Below, piece by piece: positions 20,585-30,357 of a DNA stretch of 64,000 nt. Below the pieces are notes generated by a model. That model was not told where the DNA came from and did not search any database. It saw only the letters and a list, made by a program, of their open reading frames with translations. Each line of letters begins with the position of its first letter. Positions within the stretch are counted from its first letter, which is position 1. Position numbers and translations under genes: made by a program. The stretch covers positions 804 through 64,803 of the forward strand of contig CAZFTX010000005.1 in the NCBI GenBank assembly GCA_964521955.1, read 5' to 3'. This DNA is from an uncultured Candidatus Saccharibacteria bacterium. GTDB lineage: Bacteria > Patescibacteriota > Doudnabacteria > UBA920.

Positions 20585-21141
20585 TTTGTGGCTCTTTCTA
20601 CGTACTCTCCGGTGCGAGTGTCTATTCTTAAAACATCGCCTTCTTTTATAAACATAGGGACGTCTACAGAAAGTCCGGTTTCCATAATTACAGGTTTGGT
20701 AACGTTACCACCACTGTTGCCTTTGGTGTCAGGTGGGGCTTCTTTAACTTTAAGTTCTACTTTAATTGGGAGTTCAACTGAAACTGGCTTGCCGTTGAAG
20801 CGCACAATTTGGACTTCAAAACTTTCTTTTAAAAACTCTTCCTGGTCTTGGGTAATTTCTTTAGGCATGTCTACGGTTTCAAAAGTTTCCTGGTTCATGA
20901 AGTGGGTGCCGTCCGTGTCTGCATAAAGGAAAGTTGCTTTTTCTTTGGTGACGTCAGCTTCGGTAACTTTTTCACCAAATTTAAAAGAATATTCTATTAC
21001 TTTGCCGGTAATAATGTTTCTTAATTTGGTCTGCATGACTGGTTTTCTTTGAGCGGTACGCATGCGGTTGGACCAAATTATTTGCCAAGGCTCATTGTTG
21101 TACATGAGTATGGTGCCGAGTTTGAGGTCAGAAATATCCAT
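20581..21141 (-). CDS. efp: Elongation factor P
   Basis: TKLRNIITG, FMNQETFE, LPIKVELKV, VPMFIKEGD..IDTRTGEYVER. Confidence 0.95.
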   Translation of the reverse strand: MDISDLKLGTILMYNNEPWQIIWSNRMRTAQRKPVMQTKLRNIITGKVIEYSFKFGEKVTEADVTKEKATFLYADTDGTHFMNQETFETVDMPKEITQDQEEFLKESFEVQIVRFNGKPVSVELPIKVELKVKEAPPDTKGNSGGNVTKPVIMETGLSVDVPMFIKEGDVLRIDTRTGEYVERATN

Positions 21142-21302
21142 AAATTAATTTAATGATTGACCAAAATTGACATGATTGAATGATTTAAATCAATCAAATC
21201 AGTAGCTGCCGAGCAGAACGAATTTACTTCGGCTGCGAGGCAACAAATGAAAGGAAGGTGGGGATTGGGAAGGGGAAACCTTGGTTTCCACTCCCAGGAA
21301 GC

Positions 21303-21542
21303 TTATGCTGCAACAAAAGGTAAAAGTGCCATATGCCTGGCTCTTTTTAAAGAAGCCGTCACCATTCTCTGGTGCTTTGGGCAGGTGCCGGTGCGGTTAT
21401 GGCTTAAGATTTTAGCATGAGGTGACATAAACCTTCTTAGGGTTTGAGTGTCTTTGTAATCAACTGTAGAAAGTTTATTTGAGCAGAAGTAGCACTGTTT
21501 TTTTACTTGAGGTTGGGAGGTGTTGTTATTATTTGGACGCAT
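21303..21542 (-). CDS. rpsR: 30S ribosomal protein S18
   Basis: CYFC, VDYKD, TGTCPKHQR, KRARHMALLPF. Confidence 0.96.
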   Translation of the reverse strand: MRPNNNNTSQPQVKKQCYFCSNKLSTVDYKDTQTLRRFMSPHAKILSHNRTGTCPKHQRMVTASLKRARHMALLPFVAA

Positions 21543-21660
21543 AAGTTAAATGAACATAAATAATTAAAATTAAGTAAAATTGCACATAAATTGAGGATCC
21601 AAAATTTTATTTAATTCTGGCAATTATGTCAATTTTGTTCAATTCCTTTTTAAACAAAGT

Positions 21661-22164
21661 TTAAAAAGGAATGTCTTCCACGTTAATGTCTTCGCCTTGT
21701 TGAATAGTTGGAAGTTCGTCAACAACTGTGTTTGAAGCTTGGGACATAGAGCCGTTGTCAGAGAAGTTTGAAGCGGCGACAGGTTTAGTGCTTGGGGAAG
21801 TGGCTTGAAAACCGCCTCCGGAGCTACTGCTAGAATTTGAGTCTAGCATAATCATGTTGTCGCAAACTATTTCTGTACGGTTTTTCTTTTGACCGTCTTG
21901 TCCGTCCCAGGTGCGAGTTTGGAGTCTGCCTTCAACATAAACCCTGCGGCCTTTTTTTAGGTATTGAGCTGCAATTTCGGCAAGTTTTCTCCAGAGTACT
22001 ACGTTGTGAAATTCCACTTGTTCTACTTTTTGACCCGTGGCTTGGTTGGTGTAGACGTAGTTGGTGGCTATTCCCAAAGTGCAGACTGCGGCTCCGGCCG
22101 GGGTGTTGCGTAGTTCAGGGTCGCGAGTTAAGCGGCCAATAATCATGACTTTGTTTAAATCCAT
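21661..22164 (-). CDS. ssb: Single-stranded DNA-binding protein
   Basis: NKVMIIGRLTRDPELR, EGRLQTR, acidic C-terminus EDIPF. Confidence 0.97.
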   Translation of the reverse strand: MDLNKVMIIGRLTRDPELRNTPAGAAVCTLGIATNYVYTNQATGQKVEQVEFHNVVLWRKLAEIAAQYLKKGRRVYVEGRLQTRTWDGQDGQKKNRTEIVCDNMIMLDSNSSSSSGGGFQATSPSTKPVAASNFSDNGSMSQASNTVVDELPTIQQGEDINVEDIPF

Positions 22165-22240
22165 ATGTTTAAGAAATTTTTAATAATTAATTTCTAATTT
22201 TTAAATAATTTATAAAATTATAAAATTAAAAATTCAAAAA

Positions 22241-22723
22241 TTACTTTGTTAGGTCTTCTGACAAAGCGGCTTCAATTTTTTCTTCTAAAGCTTTTTCGTC
22301 TAACTCAACTACTGGCATGACAGGCTTCTTGTTTTCTGTAGGTTTACTTTCGGTTTTGCCTTCAACACTTTCCGGAATATTGCGTTTGCCCATTTTAGCC
22401 TGAGCAATTTTGTCTTTTTCCATTCTTTCAAAGTGCTCTTCCAGGTTAATTAAAATGTAGCGCACAATGTTCTGATCTTGGGTGCGAATTTTTGCGTCTA
22501 GTGCGTTTACTTTATTAGCCGGAATAGAAAAATTCACCACAACATAGTGACCGTTGCGGGTTTTCTTAATTGGATAGGCTAATTTCTTTTTTCCTAACTG
22601 CTCTTCTTTGACTTCAGTGCCGCCAAAGTCTTCTACGAACTTTAGAATTTGGCTGGTGATGGCTGGTACGTCCGGGTCAGCAATGTGGCTGCCCAAAATG
22701 TACATAAGCTCATATCGTGGCAT
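22241..22723 (-). CDS. rpsF: 30S ribosomal protein S6
   Basis: YELMYI, LGKKKLAYPIKK, rpsF-ssb-rpsR synteny. Confidence 0.95.
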   Translation of the reverse strand: MPRYELMYILGSHIADPDVPAITSQILKFVEDFGGTEVKEEQLGKKKLAYPIKKTRNGHYVVVNFSIPANKVNALDAKIRTQDQNIVRYILINLEEHFERMEKDKIAQAKMGKRNIPESVEGKTESKPTENKKPVMPVVELDEKALEEKIEAALSEDLTK

Positions 22724-22883
22724 AGAAAGTTTCCCTTTCTATCCCTAAGGCTAAAAGGCTTTAGGGAATATGTTAAAGCTATTAAATTTCCCTTATTTTA
22801 CTACATATTCTTGAATCTGTCACTATTGACTAAATGTAAAATTTTAGGTATAATATTCAGTCATCAAAGGAGGGTGACGGACA

Positions 22884-23189
22884 ATGAGTGAAGAAAGGCT
22901 TTTTAGGAATTATCAGGCAAGGCAGCGTGCAAAGGACGAAATGTGGGCAGCTGATCGCGCTGTAAGAGCATGGCGGGATAATCAGGATCCCAGTGGTTTT
23001 TTGGATCTTCGACTTTATCTTGCAACCAAGACGTCTTTCGGAAAGTGGGAGGACTATAGCGTTTCCGGGTGGGGGTGTGTGTTGAGCCCTGCTTTGACCG
23101 CCCAAGAATACGCGGCCATGAAAGCGGCGTGGCTGGAAACGGAGGCCGGGAAGGCTTGCACTTGGAGAATCGAGTCAGATTGGCTATAG
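22884..23189 (+). CDS. Hypothetical protein (GC-rich orphan)
   Basis: AAGGAGG SD, TTGACT-17-TATAAT promoter. Confidence 0.6.
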   Translation: MSEERLFRNYQARQRAKDEMWAADRAVRAWRDNQDPSGFLDLRLYLATKTSFGKWEDYSVSGWGCVLSPALTAQEYAAMKAAWLETEAGKACTWRIESDWL

Positions 23190-23376
23190 GCCGCGCTTGC
23201 CGGAACTATCGTGCAGTTGGGCAATAATCGACGAGCTCCGCTGCAGACGACGGGTGCGCCGACGGTTCAAGGAGGGCCGGTCCCAATGAGGCGCGAAGTC
23301 ATCAAAGAATCATAGAGCAACGTTCAACCTGGTTTCAGGTGGCGTTGCTCTTTTTCTATGCTAATTTTTTACAGTC

Positions 23377-24459
23377 TTAGTTATTAAACAAAAAGTGAAC
23401 TACATCACCATCGTTGATGATGTATTCTTTGCCTTCAACTCTTAACCAGCCTTTACTTCTTGCGCCGGGGTAGCCGTTTGCTTCCAGGAGTTTGTCCCAA
23501 GAAACTACTTCTGCGCGAATAAAACCTTTTTCAAAGTCTGTATGAATTTTACCTGCCGCCTGGGGAGCTTTGGTACCTTTTTTACAGGTCCATGCTTTAG
23601 ACTCTTTAGGTCCGGCGGTAATAAAAGTAACCAGGCCTAAAGTTTCGTAGGCTTTTTTTATAATTTTATCTAAGCCGGATTCCGGCAGTCCAAGTTCTTT
23701 TAAATATTCCGCTCTTTCTTCGTCTGTCAGTTGTGCAAGTTCGGATTCCAGTTGAGCGTCAATGTTAATTGATAATTTGCTGATTGGCTGATTTTCTGAT
23801 TGGTTGTTAAATTGTTTTGTTGTTAAATCAAACTGGCTATTGGCAACAAAAAGCATGGGTTTAGTTGTGAGTAGCTCAATGTCTTTACTTGCTTCCTTTT
23901 CTTCTTCAGTTAAGCTTACGGTGCTGGCCATTTCACCTTTTTCTAAAACTACTTTGTATTTTTCTAGAACTTGTTTTTTTACAATCATTTCTCTGTCGCC
24001 GGAGCGGGCGTTTCTGGAAACTGTTTCTAAGCGTTTGTCCACGTTTTGTAAGTCTGCTAGTTGGAGTTCTATTGCAATAGTTTCCATATCCCTTTGCGGG
24101 TCAACCGAACCGTTTACGTGAATAATGTCTTTGCTTTCAAAAAACCTTACTACTTCTAAAATAGCATCTACTTCGCGAATATGGCTTAAAAATTTATTAC
24201 CTAAACCTTCACCAGTTGAAGCGCCTTTAACTAAGCCGGCTATGTCTACGAATTCTATAGTAGTAGGCACGACTTTTTCACTATTTTCTAACACAGCTAA
24301 TTTAGCCAGTCTTTCGTCCGGCACAGCCACCACTCCCACGTTGGGGTCAATGGTAGCAAAAGGGTAGTTGGCGGCTTCTACCTGGGATTTAGTTATGGCG
24401 TTAAAGAGTGTGGACTTGCCTACGTTAGGTAGACCTACAATTCCGATTTTGAATGACAT
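23377..24459 (-). CDS. ychF: Redox-regulated ATPase YchF
   Basis: GLPNVGKST, ANYPFATIDPN, DIAGLV, GEGLGNKFL, IHTDFEKGFIRAE. Confidence 0.97.
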   Translation of the reverse strand: MSFKIGIVGLPNVGKSTLFNAITKSQVEAANYPFATIDPNVGVVAVPDERLAKLAVLENSEKVVPTTIEFVDIAGLVKGASTGEGLGNKFLSHIREVDAILEVVRFFESKDIIHVNGSVDPQRDMETIAIELQLADLQNVDKRLETVSRNARSGDREMIVKKQVLEKYKVVLEKGEMASTVSLTEEEKEASKDIELLTTKPMLFVANSQFDLTTKQFNNQSENQPISKLSINIDAQLESELAQLTDEERAEYLKELGLPESGLDKIIKKAYETLGLVTFITAGPKESKAWTCKKGTKAPQAAGKIHTDFEKGFIRAEVVSWDKLLEANGYPGARSKGWLRVEGKEYIINDGDVVHFLFNN

Positions 24460-24655
24460 GAGACTACAAGATTAATACACTTAACAATTTACAATTGACT
24501 TTTGACTGTTTATTAACAGTAGGCAGTATACAGGAAAAAGTATGGAGTGGGAACAGGGTTGTTGTCAGGTTGACTAAGCATGAGTTTAGTCGTAGTATTG
24601 GTAATTAGGAGGCAGGCTAAGGCTTGTCGACAATTTGAAAGAGAGGACAGAATCC

Positions 24656-24844
24656 ATGACGAACCTGGCTGATGTAATGATCAGCGGCGCTGTGCGCCAG
24701 AGGTTTTCTTTTCATCTGAGGGAGGTAGGCCGTAATAAGATCTGCGCGGGCTTTCCTGTCCGTGCTCGTCTGAACCGTACCGGCTGTCAGCGCCGACGGC
24801 ACCATCATAAGTGTGATCTCCGGACTCGCCATAACCGGAAGTAG
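24656..24844 (+). CDS. Small basic hypothetical protein (GC-rich orphan)
   Basis: GAGAGGA SD; TTGACT-17-TAGTAT promoter upstream. Confidence 0.45.
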   Translation: MTNLADVMISGAVRQRFSFHLREVGRNKICAGFPVRARLNRTGCQRRRHHHKCDLRTRHNRK

Positions 24845-24852
24845 GGGAGCAT

Positions 24853-25059
24853 ATGAACGCTGACAGAGCAAATGCTGCGTCGTTCATGGCGCGGTATCGA
24901 TCCGATCGGATCGATGGTGACGCTGCAAACAATCATCGCCCTGTGACAACACCGGTGACACAGGCCGCCGCTCGGAATGCTTTTCATGATCTCTTCCGAG
25001 AAAGGCCTTCGTTTACGCCTCCCTTGAAAGGGGGGAACGGCAAACCAGCTGGCAAGTAG
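24853..25059 (+). CDS. Small hypothetical protein (GC-rich orphan)
   Basis: GGGGAG SD; followed by terminator hairpin 25085-25118. Confidence 0.45.
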   Translation: MNADRANAASFMARYRSDRIDGDAANNHRPVTTPVTQAAARNAFHDLFRERPSFTPPLKGGNGKPAGK

Positions 25060-25150
25060 CCCGACATGAGCTTGTGAGGCTCCGAGGGGTAGTAACGCGC
25101 GCGTTGCTGCCCCTTTTTCTATTAACCTAAATTTTGGTATTATTACCTAT

Positions 25151-26518
25151 ATGAATATAGACACAAAGATTTTTAAAGCCTATGACATTCGGGGTATTTA
25201 CCCAACCCAAATAAACGGAGAATTGGTCTACGAAATTGCCCAAGCTTACGCCCATTTTTTAAAGCCTAAAACCGTGGTGGTGGGCAGGGACATGAGGCTT
25301 TCCGGAGAAGAATTTCGTGACCAAATAATTAAAGCTTTAACCGACGCAGGGGTGAATGTTATAGACATTGGCCTGGTTTCAACTGACCAGTTGTATTTTG
25401 CGGCCGCTACTTTAAAAGTAGACGGAGGGATTCAAATTACAGCCAGTCATAACCCAAAAGAATATGCAGGCATGAAAATGGTTAGGGAAAAAGGCATGCC
25501 TATTTCGGGAGACAGTGGAATTTACGAAATTAGAGACATGGTAGTAAGTGGAAAGTCCCGAAGGGGACCCTTTGGGTTCCAAAGTGAAAAGAAAGGGACC
25601 ATAGAAACTAAAGAAATTTATGAAGATTATTACACTTACGTTTTAAAGCATTTTGAATATCAAAATTTTAAACCTTTAACCATAGTTGCTAACACCAACT
25701 TTGGCATGGCTAATCCGGCAGTGGAATATTTGCAAAAGGTTTTGCCTGTAAAGTTTTTAAAAATAGTTAATAACACCATCGACGGTACTTTTCCTAAAGG
25801 CAGGCCGGACCCGCTAGTTTCAGAAAACCGGGGAGAAACAATTGAAGAAATAAAAACTTTAAAGCCGGACTTAGGTGTAGCTTGGGACGCCGACGCTGAC
25901 AGGTGTTTCTTTTTTGACGAACAGGGTAAGTTTGTCACCCCGGCTTACATTAACGCACTTCTTTCTAAGTATTACATAGAGAAATTTTCCGGCGGAAAAG
26001 TTATTCATGACACCAGGGTGGTTAGGGTCATTCAAAAAGCAGTTAAGCAGGCTGGGGGAGAAGCGGTTATGAATAAAGCGGGGCACTCTTTTATTAAAGA
26101 ACGCATGATAAAAGAACAGGCAGTCTTTGGTTCAGAGACTTCCGGACATTATTATTTTAAAGATAATTTTTATTTGGATAACGGACTTTTTCCTTTTTTA
26201 GCAGTGTTGGACATGCTTTCAAAGGAAAATAAAACTTTCAGCGAAGTTTTAAAACCCATGCGTGAGAAGTTTTTTGTTTCAGAAGAAATAAATTTTAAAG
26301 TACAAACAGAAAATATTTTAGAAGAGTTAAAACAAAGCTATAAAGACGCAGAGGTAGACTCAACTGACGGGTATAGTTTTAACTACCCAGATTGGCGGTT
26401 TAACGTGAGAAAGAGTAATACGGAAAATTTACTTAGAATAAATATAGAAGCAGACAGTGAAAAGTTGCTTGAAGAAAAAACTAAAGAAGTAAGTTTGTTA
26501 ATAAAAAAATTAGGCTAG
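25151..26518 (+). CDS. Phosphomannomutase/phosphoglucomutase
   Basis: FKAYDIRG, TASHNP, DADADR, GSETSGH, RKSNTE. Confidence 0.94.
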   Translation: MNIDTKIFKAYDIRGIYPTQINGELVYEIAQAYAHFLKPKTVVVGRDMRLSGEEFRDQIIKALTDAGVNVIDIGLVSTDQLYFAAATLKVDGGIQITASHNPKEYAGMKMVREKGMPISGDSGIYEIRDMVVSGKSRRGPFGFQSEKKGTIETKEIYEDYYTYVLKHFEYQNFKPLTIVANTNFGMANPAVEYLQKVLPVKFLKIVNNTIDGTFPKGRPDPLVSENRGETIEEIKTLKPDLGVAWDADADRCFFFDEQGKFVTPAYINALLSKYYIEKFSGGKVIHDTRVVRVIQKAVKQAGGEAVMNKAGHSFIKERMIKEQAVFGSETSGHYYFKDNFYLDNGLFPFLAVLDMLSKENKTFSEVLKPMREKFFVSEEINFKVQTENILEELKQSYKDAEVDSTDGYSFNYPDWRFNVRKSNTENLLRINIEADSEKLLEEKTKEVSLLIKKLG

Positions 26519-26565
26519 AAAAGGCGAAACGGACAACCCTGTGCAGGGGTTGTCCGTTTTTTGGC

Positions 26566-26838
26566 TCACGAAGCCTGGTGAAGGAGAGCCTTTCGGCTTA
26601 CAACGCTAATGGCGAGGTGGCCATTTTCAGCTTCGGGTTGGTTCCCTTTTTTGTTTTTGGCGATGGCAGTGACTGCGTCCCCAGACACTTTCACTGATCC
26701 GGGAATCATCCAAAATCCGTTCCATGGTCTGCCTTCGGAGATGCGAGACCGTATTTCGCACGCCAGTTGTTTTGCCCGGATGGATCCGTCCGATACGACG
26801 GTAACTTCAAACATTTCCGGCCATTGAAACAATTCCAT
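26566..26838 (-). CDS. Hypothetical protein (GC-rich orphan)
   Basis: GGAGGGGG SD before ATG 26838; terminator hairpin 26527-26562. Confidence 0.55.
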   Translation of the reverse strand: MELFQWPEMFEVTVVSDGSIRAKQLACEIRSRISEGRPWNGFWMIPGSVKVSGDAVTAIAKNKKGNQPEAENGHLAISVVSRKALLHQAS

Positions 26839-26880
26839 TTTACCCCCTCCTCTCTCAAACAAACAATCGGCACGCTATGT

Positions 26881-27858
26881 TTATAGCAGGCCGATTTTTT
26901 GTTTGACTTCCAAAAGTGTTGTTTGGGCAACGGCGCGGGCTTTTTCTGCACCCTCGCCTAAGACTTCTGCAATGTAGTTTGGTTTTGCTAGCAGTTCTTT
27001 TTTCTTTTCCCTGAATTCTGCAAAGTATTCAATAATATTTTTAGCCAAAGTTTCTTTGAGTTCGCTGTATTTTAACTTACCAGAATTTTGAGCTTCACTG
27101 AAGTATTTTACACTTTCTGCTGAACCAAAATGCGAAAGTAAAAACATTAGGTTTTCTTCACCGGGTGACTTCTTGCCGACTTCAGAAGCGGTTACTGCTT
27201 TTTTTATTTTACGGGAAATTTCTGTAGGGGAGTCGTCTAACATTAAAGCTTCGTCACCTGTTTTACTCATTTTTTTCGTAGGCTCGGTTAAGGACATAAT
27301 CCTTAAAGATTTTTTTAAAAAGGTGTGAGGTTCAGGAAAAGTTTGACCAAAGCGGTTGTTAAACTTTCTTGCTACTACTCGGGCAAGTTCTACGTGTTGG
27401 GTTTGATCCTCGCCCACGGGGACTGACTCCGGTTTGTAAATGAGAATGTCAGCAGCCATTAACGAAGGGTAGGTTAAAAGCCCGGCGTTGATATTTTTGG
27501 CGTTTTGTTTAGACTTGTCTTTAAACTGGGTCATTCTTTCCAGTTCAGATATTGGGGTTAAGCAGTTAAACAGCCAGGCTAAAGTCGCGTGTTCTAAAAC
27601 GTGGTTTTGTAAAAAGAAAGTACTTTTTTTAGGGTCAATGCCTGAGGCCAGGTATTCTGCCGCAACTTCAAGTGTAGTTTTTTTAAGCTCTTTAGGTTCA
27701 AAAGGCGTGGTAAGGGCGTGTAAGTCGGCAATAAAGAAAAAACAGTTAGTTTGGCTGTCTGCTTGGATTTCTACAAACTGTTTTAAGGCTCCTAAGTAGT
27801 TGCCAACATGTAAGTTTCCTGTAGCTCTTATACCGGAAAGAATGGTTTTTTGCTTCAT
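26881..27858 (-). CDS. trpS: Tryptophan--tRNA ligase
   Basis: HVGNYLGA, YPSLMAADIL, VPVGEDQ, KMSK. Confidence 0.96.
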   Translation of the reverse strand: MKQKTILSGIRATGNLHVGNYLGALKQFVEIQADSQTNCFFFIADLHALTTPFEPKELKKTTLEVAAEYLASGIDPKKSTFFLQNHVLEHATLAWLFNCLTPISELERMTQFKDKSKQNAKNINAGLLTYPSLMAADILIYKPESVPVGEDQTQHVELARVVARKFNNRFGQTFPEPHTFLKKSLRIMSLTEPTKKMSKTGDEALMLDDSPTEISRKIKKAVTASEVGKKSPGEENLMFLLSHFGSAESVKYFSEAQNSGKLKYSELKETLAKNIIEYFAEFREKKKELLAKPNYIAEVLGEGAEKARAVAQTTLLEVKQKIGLL

Positions 27859-27876
27859 ATAAAAATAGTATATCAA

Positions 27877-27908
27877 AAAATCCCGCCCCTCGTAAGAGGC
27901 GGGATTTT
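27877..27908 (-). terminator. Intrinsic terminator after rnj
   Basis: AAAATCCCGCC..GGCGGGATTTT hairpin. Confidence 0.7.
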
Positions 27909-27910
27909 AT

Positions 27911-29767
27911 TTAGATTTCTATGATTACGGGAAGGATCATTGGCCGTCTCTCTGTTTTTTGGTAGAGATATTCGCCAACTTCGTCGCGAATGACGTTTCG
28001 TAGGTAAGCCCAGTTTGGTTCTAACTTTTCTTTACCTTTGGATTCAACAAGTTTTCTAACTTCATGTTTGACTTCACGAATTAGGTCATCGTTTCCTTTC
28101 ATGTAAATAAAGCCACGAGAAATAATATCCGGTTGGTTAATAAGTTTACCACTCCTGCGGTCTAGGGTTAGTATTATTACAAACATACCGTCTTGTGCCA
28201 TGACTTGTCGGTCGCGGATAACTACTTCACCTACGTCGCCAATTCCCAGTCCGTCAATAAACACGTAACCGGAAGCAATTTTACTGTCTTCAACAATTTT
28301 GGCTTCTTGAGCGGTGGTAAGTTCCAAAATTTGTCCGTTGTCTAAAGCAAAGACTTGGTTTTCAGGAATACCCATAACTTTACCCAGTTCAGCGTGAGCG
28401 GCAATCATGTAGTGTTCTCCATGAATTGGCATGAAAAACTTAGGCTTGGTTAAAGACATCATGAGTTTTAGTTCTTCTTGGTGGGCGTGTCCGGAAGTGT
28501 GAATGTCTAAAATTTTGCTGTAAATAACATGAGCGCCTAAACGGGTGAGGTTGGAAAGTACAACACCAACAGCGCGTTCGTTACCGGGAATAGGGGAAGC
28601 AGAAACGACAGCGGTGTCACCCTTTTTAATTTTAACGGTTTTGTGGTCGCCTCTGGCAATACGTGAAAGCCCGGCGGCTTCTTCGCCTTGGCTACCGGTG
28701 GTTAAAACAACAATTTGGTTGTCAGGGAATTTTTTAGCAACTTCTGACTTAATTACTATTTTGGGTTGGATTTTTAAATAACCCAAAGACAAAGCAGTTT
28801 CAATGGTGTTAACCATGCTTCTGCCGGTTACTATAACTTTGCGGTTAAACTTAGCCGCGGAGTTAAAGAGTTGTTGGATACGGGAAACGTTGGTGGAAAA
28901 AGTTGCAAAAACTATTCTACCTTTGGCTTCTGCAAAAATTCGGTCAATGGTATTTCCCAATTCGCGCTCGCTCACACAGTAACCGGGCTTGGTGGCGTTA
29001 GTGGAGTCAGACATTAAAAGCAAAACGCCTTCTGCGCCAAATTTGGAAATTTTGTCGAACTCGGTTGGTTTGCCGTCGGCAGGGGTGTGGTCAAACTTCC
29101 AGTCAGTCGCGTAAATAATTTGTCCAACCGGAGTAGTAATTGAAAGACCCATGCTGTCAGGAATGTTATGGTTAAGTCTAAAGAAACGAATTTTAAAACT
29201 GCCTAAAGACAAAATGTCGTCTTTTGCCAGTACGTTTATTTTAGTTCTGCCTAAAAGTCCAAATTCTTCCAAACGCTTTTTAATAAACCCTGCAGTAAGT
29301 GGCATGGTGTAAATTGGCGGGTCACCAATTTTTGGAATTATGTAAGGGATTGCACCAATGTGGTCCAAGTGACCGTGGGTAATAATTACACCGCGAATTC
29401 TTCGTTTGTTTTCTTCCAGCCATTTGGTGTCGGGAATAATGTAGTCAATACCGGGCATAGTGTCGTCCGGGAAGGCTAGGCCCATGTCAATAACTATGAG
29501 GTCGTCGCCATACTCTAAGACAGTCATGTTTTCACCGACTTCTTCTACTCCACCCATTGGAATAATCCTCAAATTTTGCCTGGAAGCAGTGTGCCTGCTG
29601 GTAGGGTTAATTTGAATTCCGACTGGTTTTTTTTCTTCGCTAGTAAAGGTAGCGTTGTCTATGAGCCGTTCTAAACGGTCTTCGTCACGGCCTAAAGGGG
29701 CTTTGTGCCCGGCAGGTCTTTGGTTTCTATGACCGCTTTTAGGGTCAAATGTGTGTTTCTTAATCAT
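27911..29767 (-). CDS. rnj: Ribonuclease J
   Basis: GGVEEVGENM, THGHLDHIG, TGSQGE, HTSGH, PIHGE, RRPMILPVI. Confidence 0.96.
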   Translation of the reverse strand: MIKKHTFDPKSGHRNQRPAGHKAPLGRDEDRLERLIDNATFTSEEKKPVGIQINPTSRHTASRQNLRIIPMGGVEEVGENMTVLEYGDDLIVIDMGLAFPDDTMPGIDYIIPDTKWLEENKRRIRGVIITHGHLDHIGAIPYIIPKIGDPPIYTMPLTAGFIKKRLEEFGLLGRTKINVLAKDDILSLGSFKIRFFRLNHNIPDSMGLSITTPVGQIIYATDWKFDHTPADGKPTEFDKISKFGAEGVLLLMSDSTNATKPGYCVSERELGNTIDRIFAEAKGRIVFATFSTNVSRIQQLFNSAAKFNRKVIVTGRSMVNTIETALSLGYLKIQPKIVIKSEVAKKFPDNQIVVLTTGSQGEEAAGLSRIARGDHKTVKIKKGDTAVVSASPIPGNERAVGVVLSNLTRLGAHVIYSKILDIHTSGHAHQEELKLMMSLTKPKFFMPIHGEHYMIAAHAELGKVMGIPENQVFALDNGQILELTTAQEAKIVEDSKIASGYVFIDGLGIGDVGEVVIRDRQVMAQDGMFVIILTLDRRSGKLINQPDIISRGFIYMKGNDDLIREVKHEVRKLVESKGKEKLEPNWAYLRNVIRDEVGEYLYQKTERRPMILPVIIEI

Positions 29768-30018
29768 TTTTTAAACACAAAAAACTTTCCGACCTAAATT
29801 TGCGTTTTTTAGGTCAATTAATTTATTGCCAAAACATTTTTGGCGTAAGCTCTAACGAGTGGCTTGTTCAGCCGACCTGTAAGAGTGTGCTTCGCAATTA
29901 GCAAATAAAAACTTAAAAATATTTTTTAGGCTTTTATTTGTAAACTGTTTAAGTTGCTTAAAGCTTACTCATTTCTGTTATTATATCACACCCTCCAAAC
30001 TTTGTCAAAGTTTTATAT

Positions 30019-30253
30019 TGGTGGGCGTAGAGAGACTCGAACTCTCACGGCCGTTAGGCCACACGTACCTGAAACGTGCGCGCCCCGCACAAGTGGTGCC
30101 GAAGGAGGGACTTGAACCCTCACGATCTTGCGATCATACGCACCTGAAGCGTACGTGTATGCCAATTTCACCACTTCGGCCCCAACTGTGCGGGGTAAAT
30201 ATACCAGCTTCTCCGCCGTAACTTTAGTGAAGGCTGAGCTCCGCCACATGCCT
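30019..30253 (-). pseudogene. Interrupted tRNA-Leu(CAG) pseudogene
   Basis: 3' part 30019-30082 (anticodon arm CACGT-TTCAGGT-ACGTG, variable arm, T arm, CCA); 5' part AGGCATGTGGCGGA..CTGGTATA at 30200-30253; split by insertions. Confidence 0.75.
30094..30180 (-). tRNA. tRNA-Leu(CAG)
   Basis: GCCGAAG/CTTCGGC acceptor, TACGC-TTCAGGT-GCGTA anticodon arm, long variable arm, GGTTCAAGTCC, CCA. Confidence 0.95.
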
Positions 30254-30329
30254 GAATTGTTCCAGAACTTGCCGAGACTGAGTAAATTTAAAAGATTTTA
30301 TCTGTGCTATTAGTGTGTCAGAAAAGATC

Positions 30330-30349
30330 CCTGCCTGCCGGCAGGCAGG
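30330..30349. repeat. Perfect 20-bp palindrome CCTGCCTGCCGGCAGGCAGG
   Basis: Self-complementary, intergenic. Confidence 0.8.
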
Positions 30350-30357
30350 TGCGGTTA

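Noticed and set aside
22819-24575. GTCA-N-TGAC palindromes over -35 boxes at about 22819 and 24565
   Set aside because: Explained by back-to-back -35 boxes of divergent promoters (rpsF, probably ychF)
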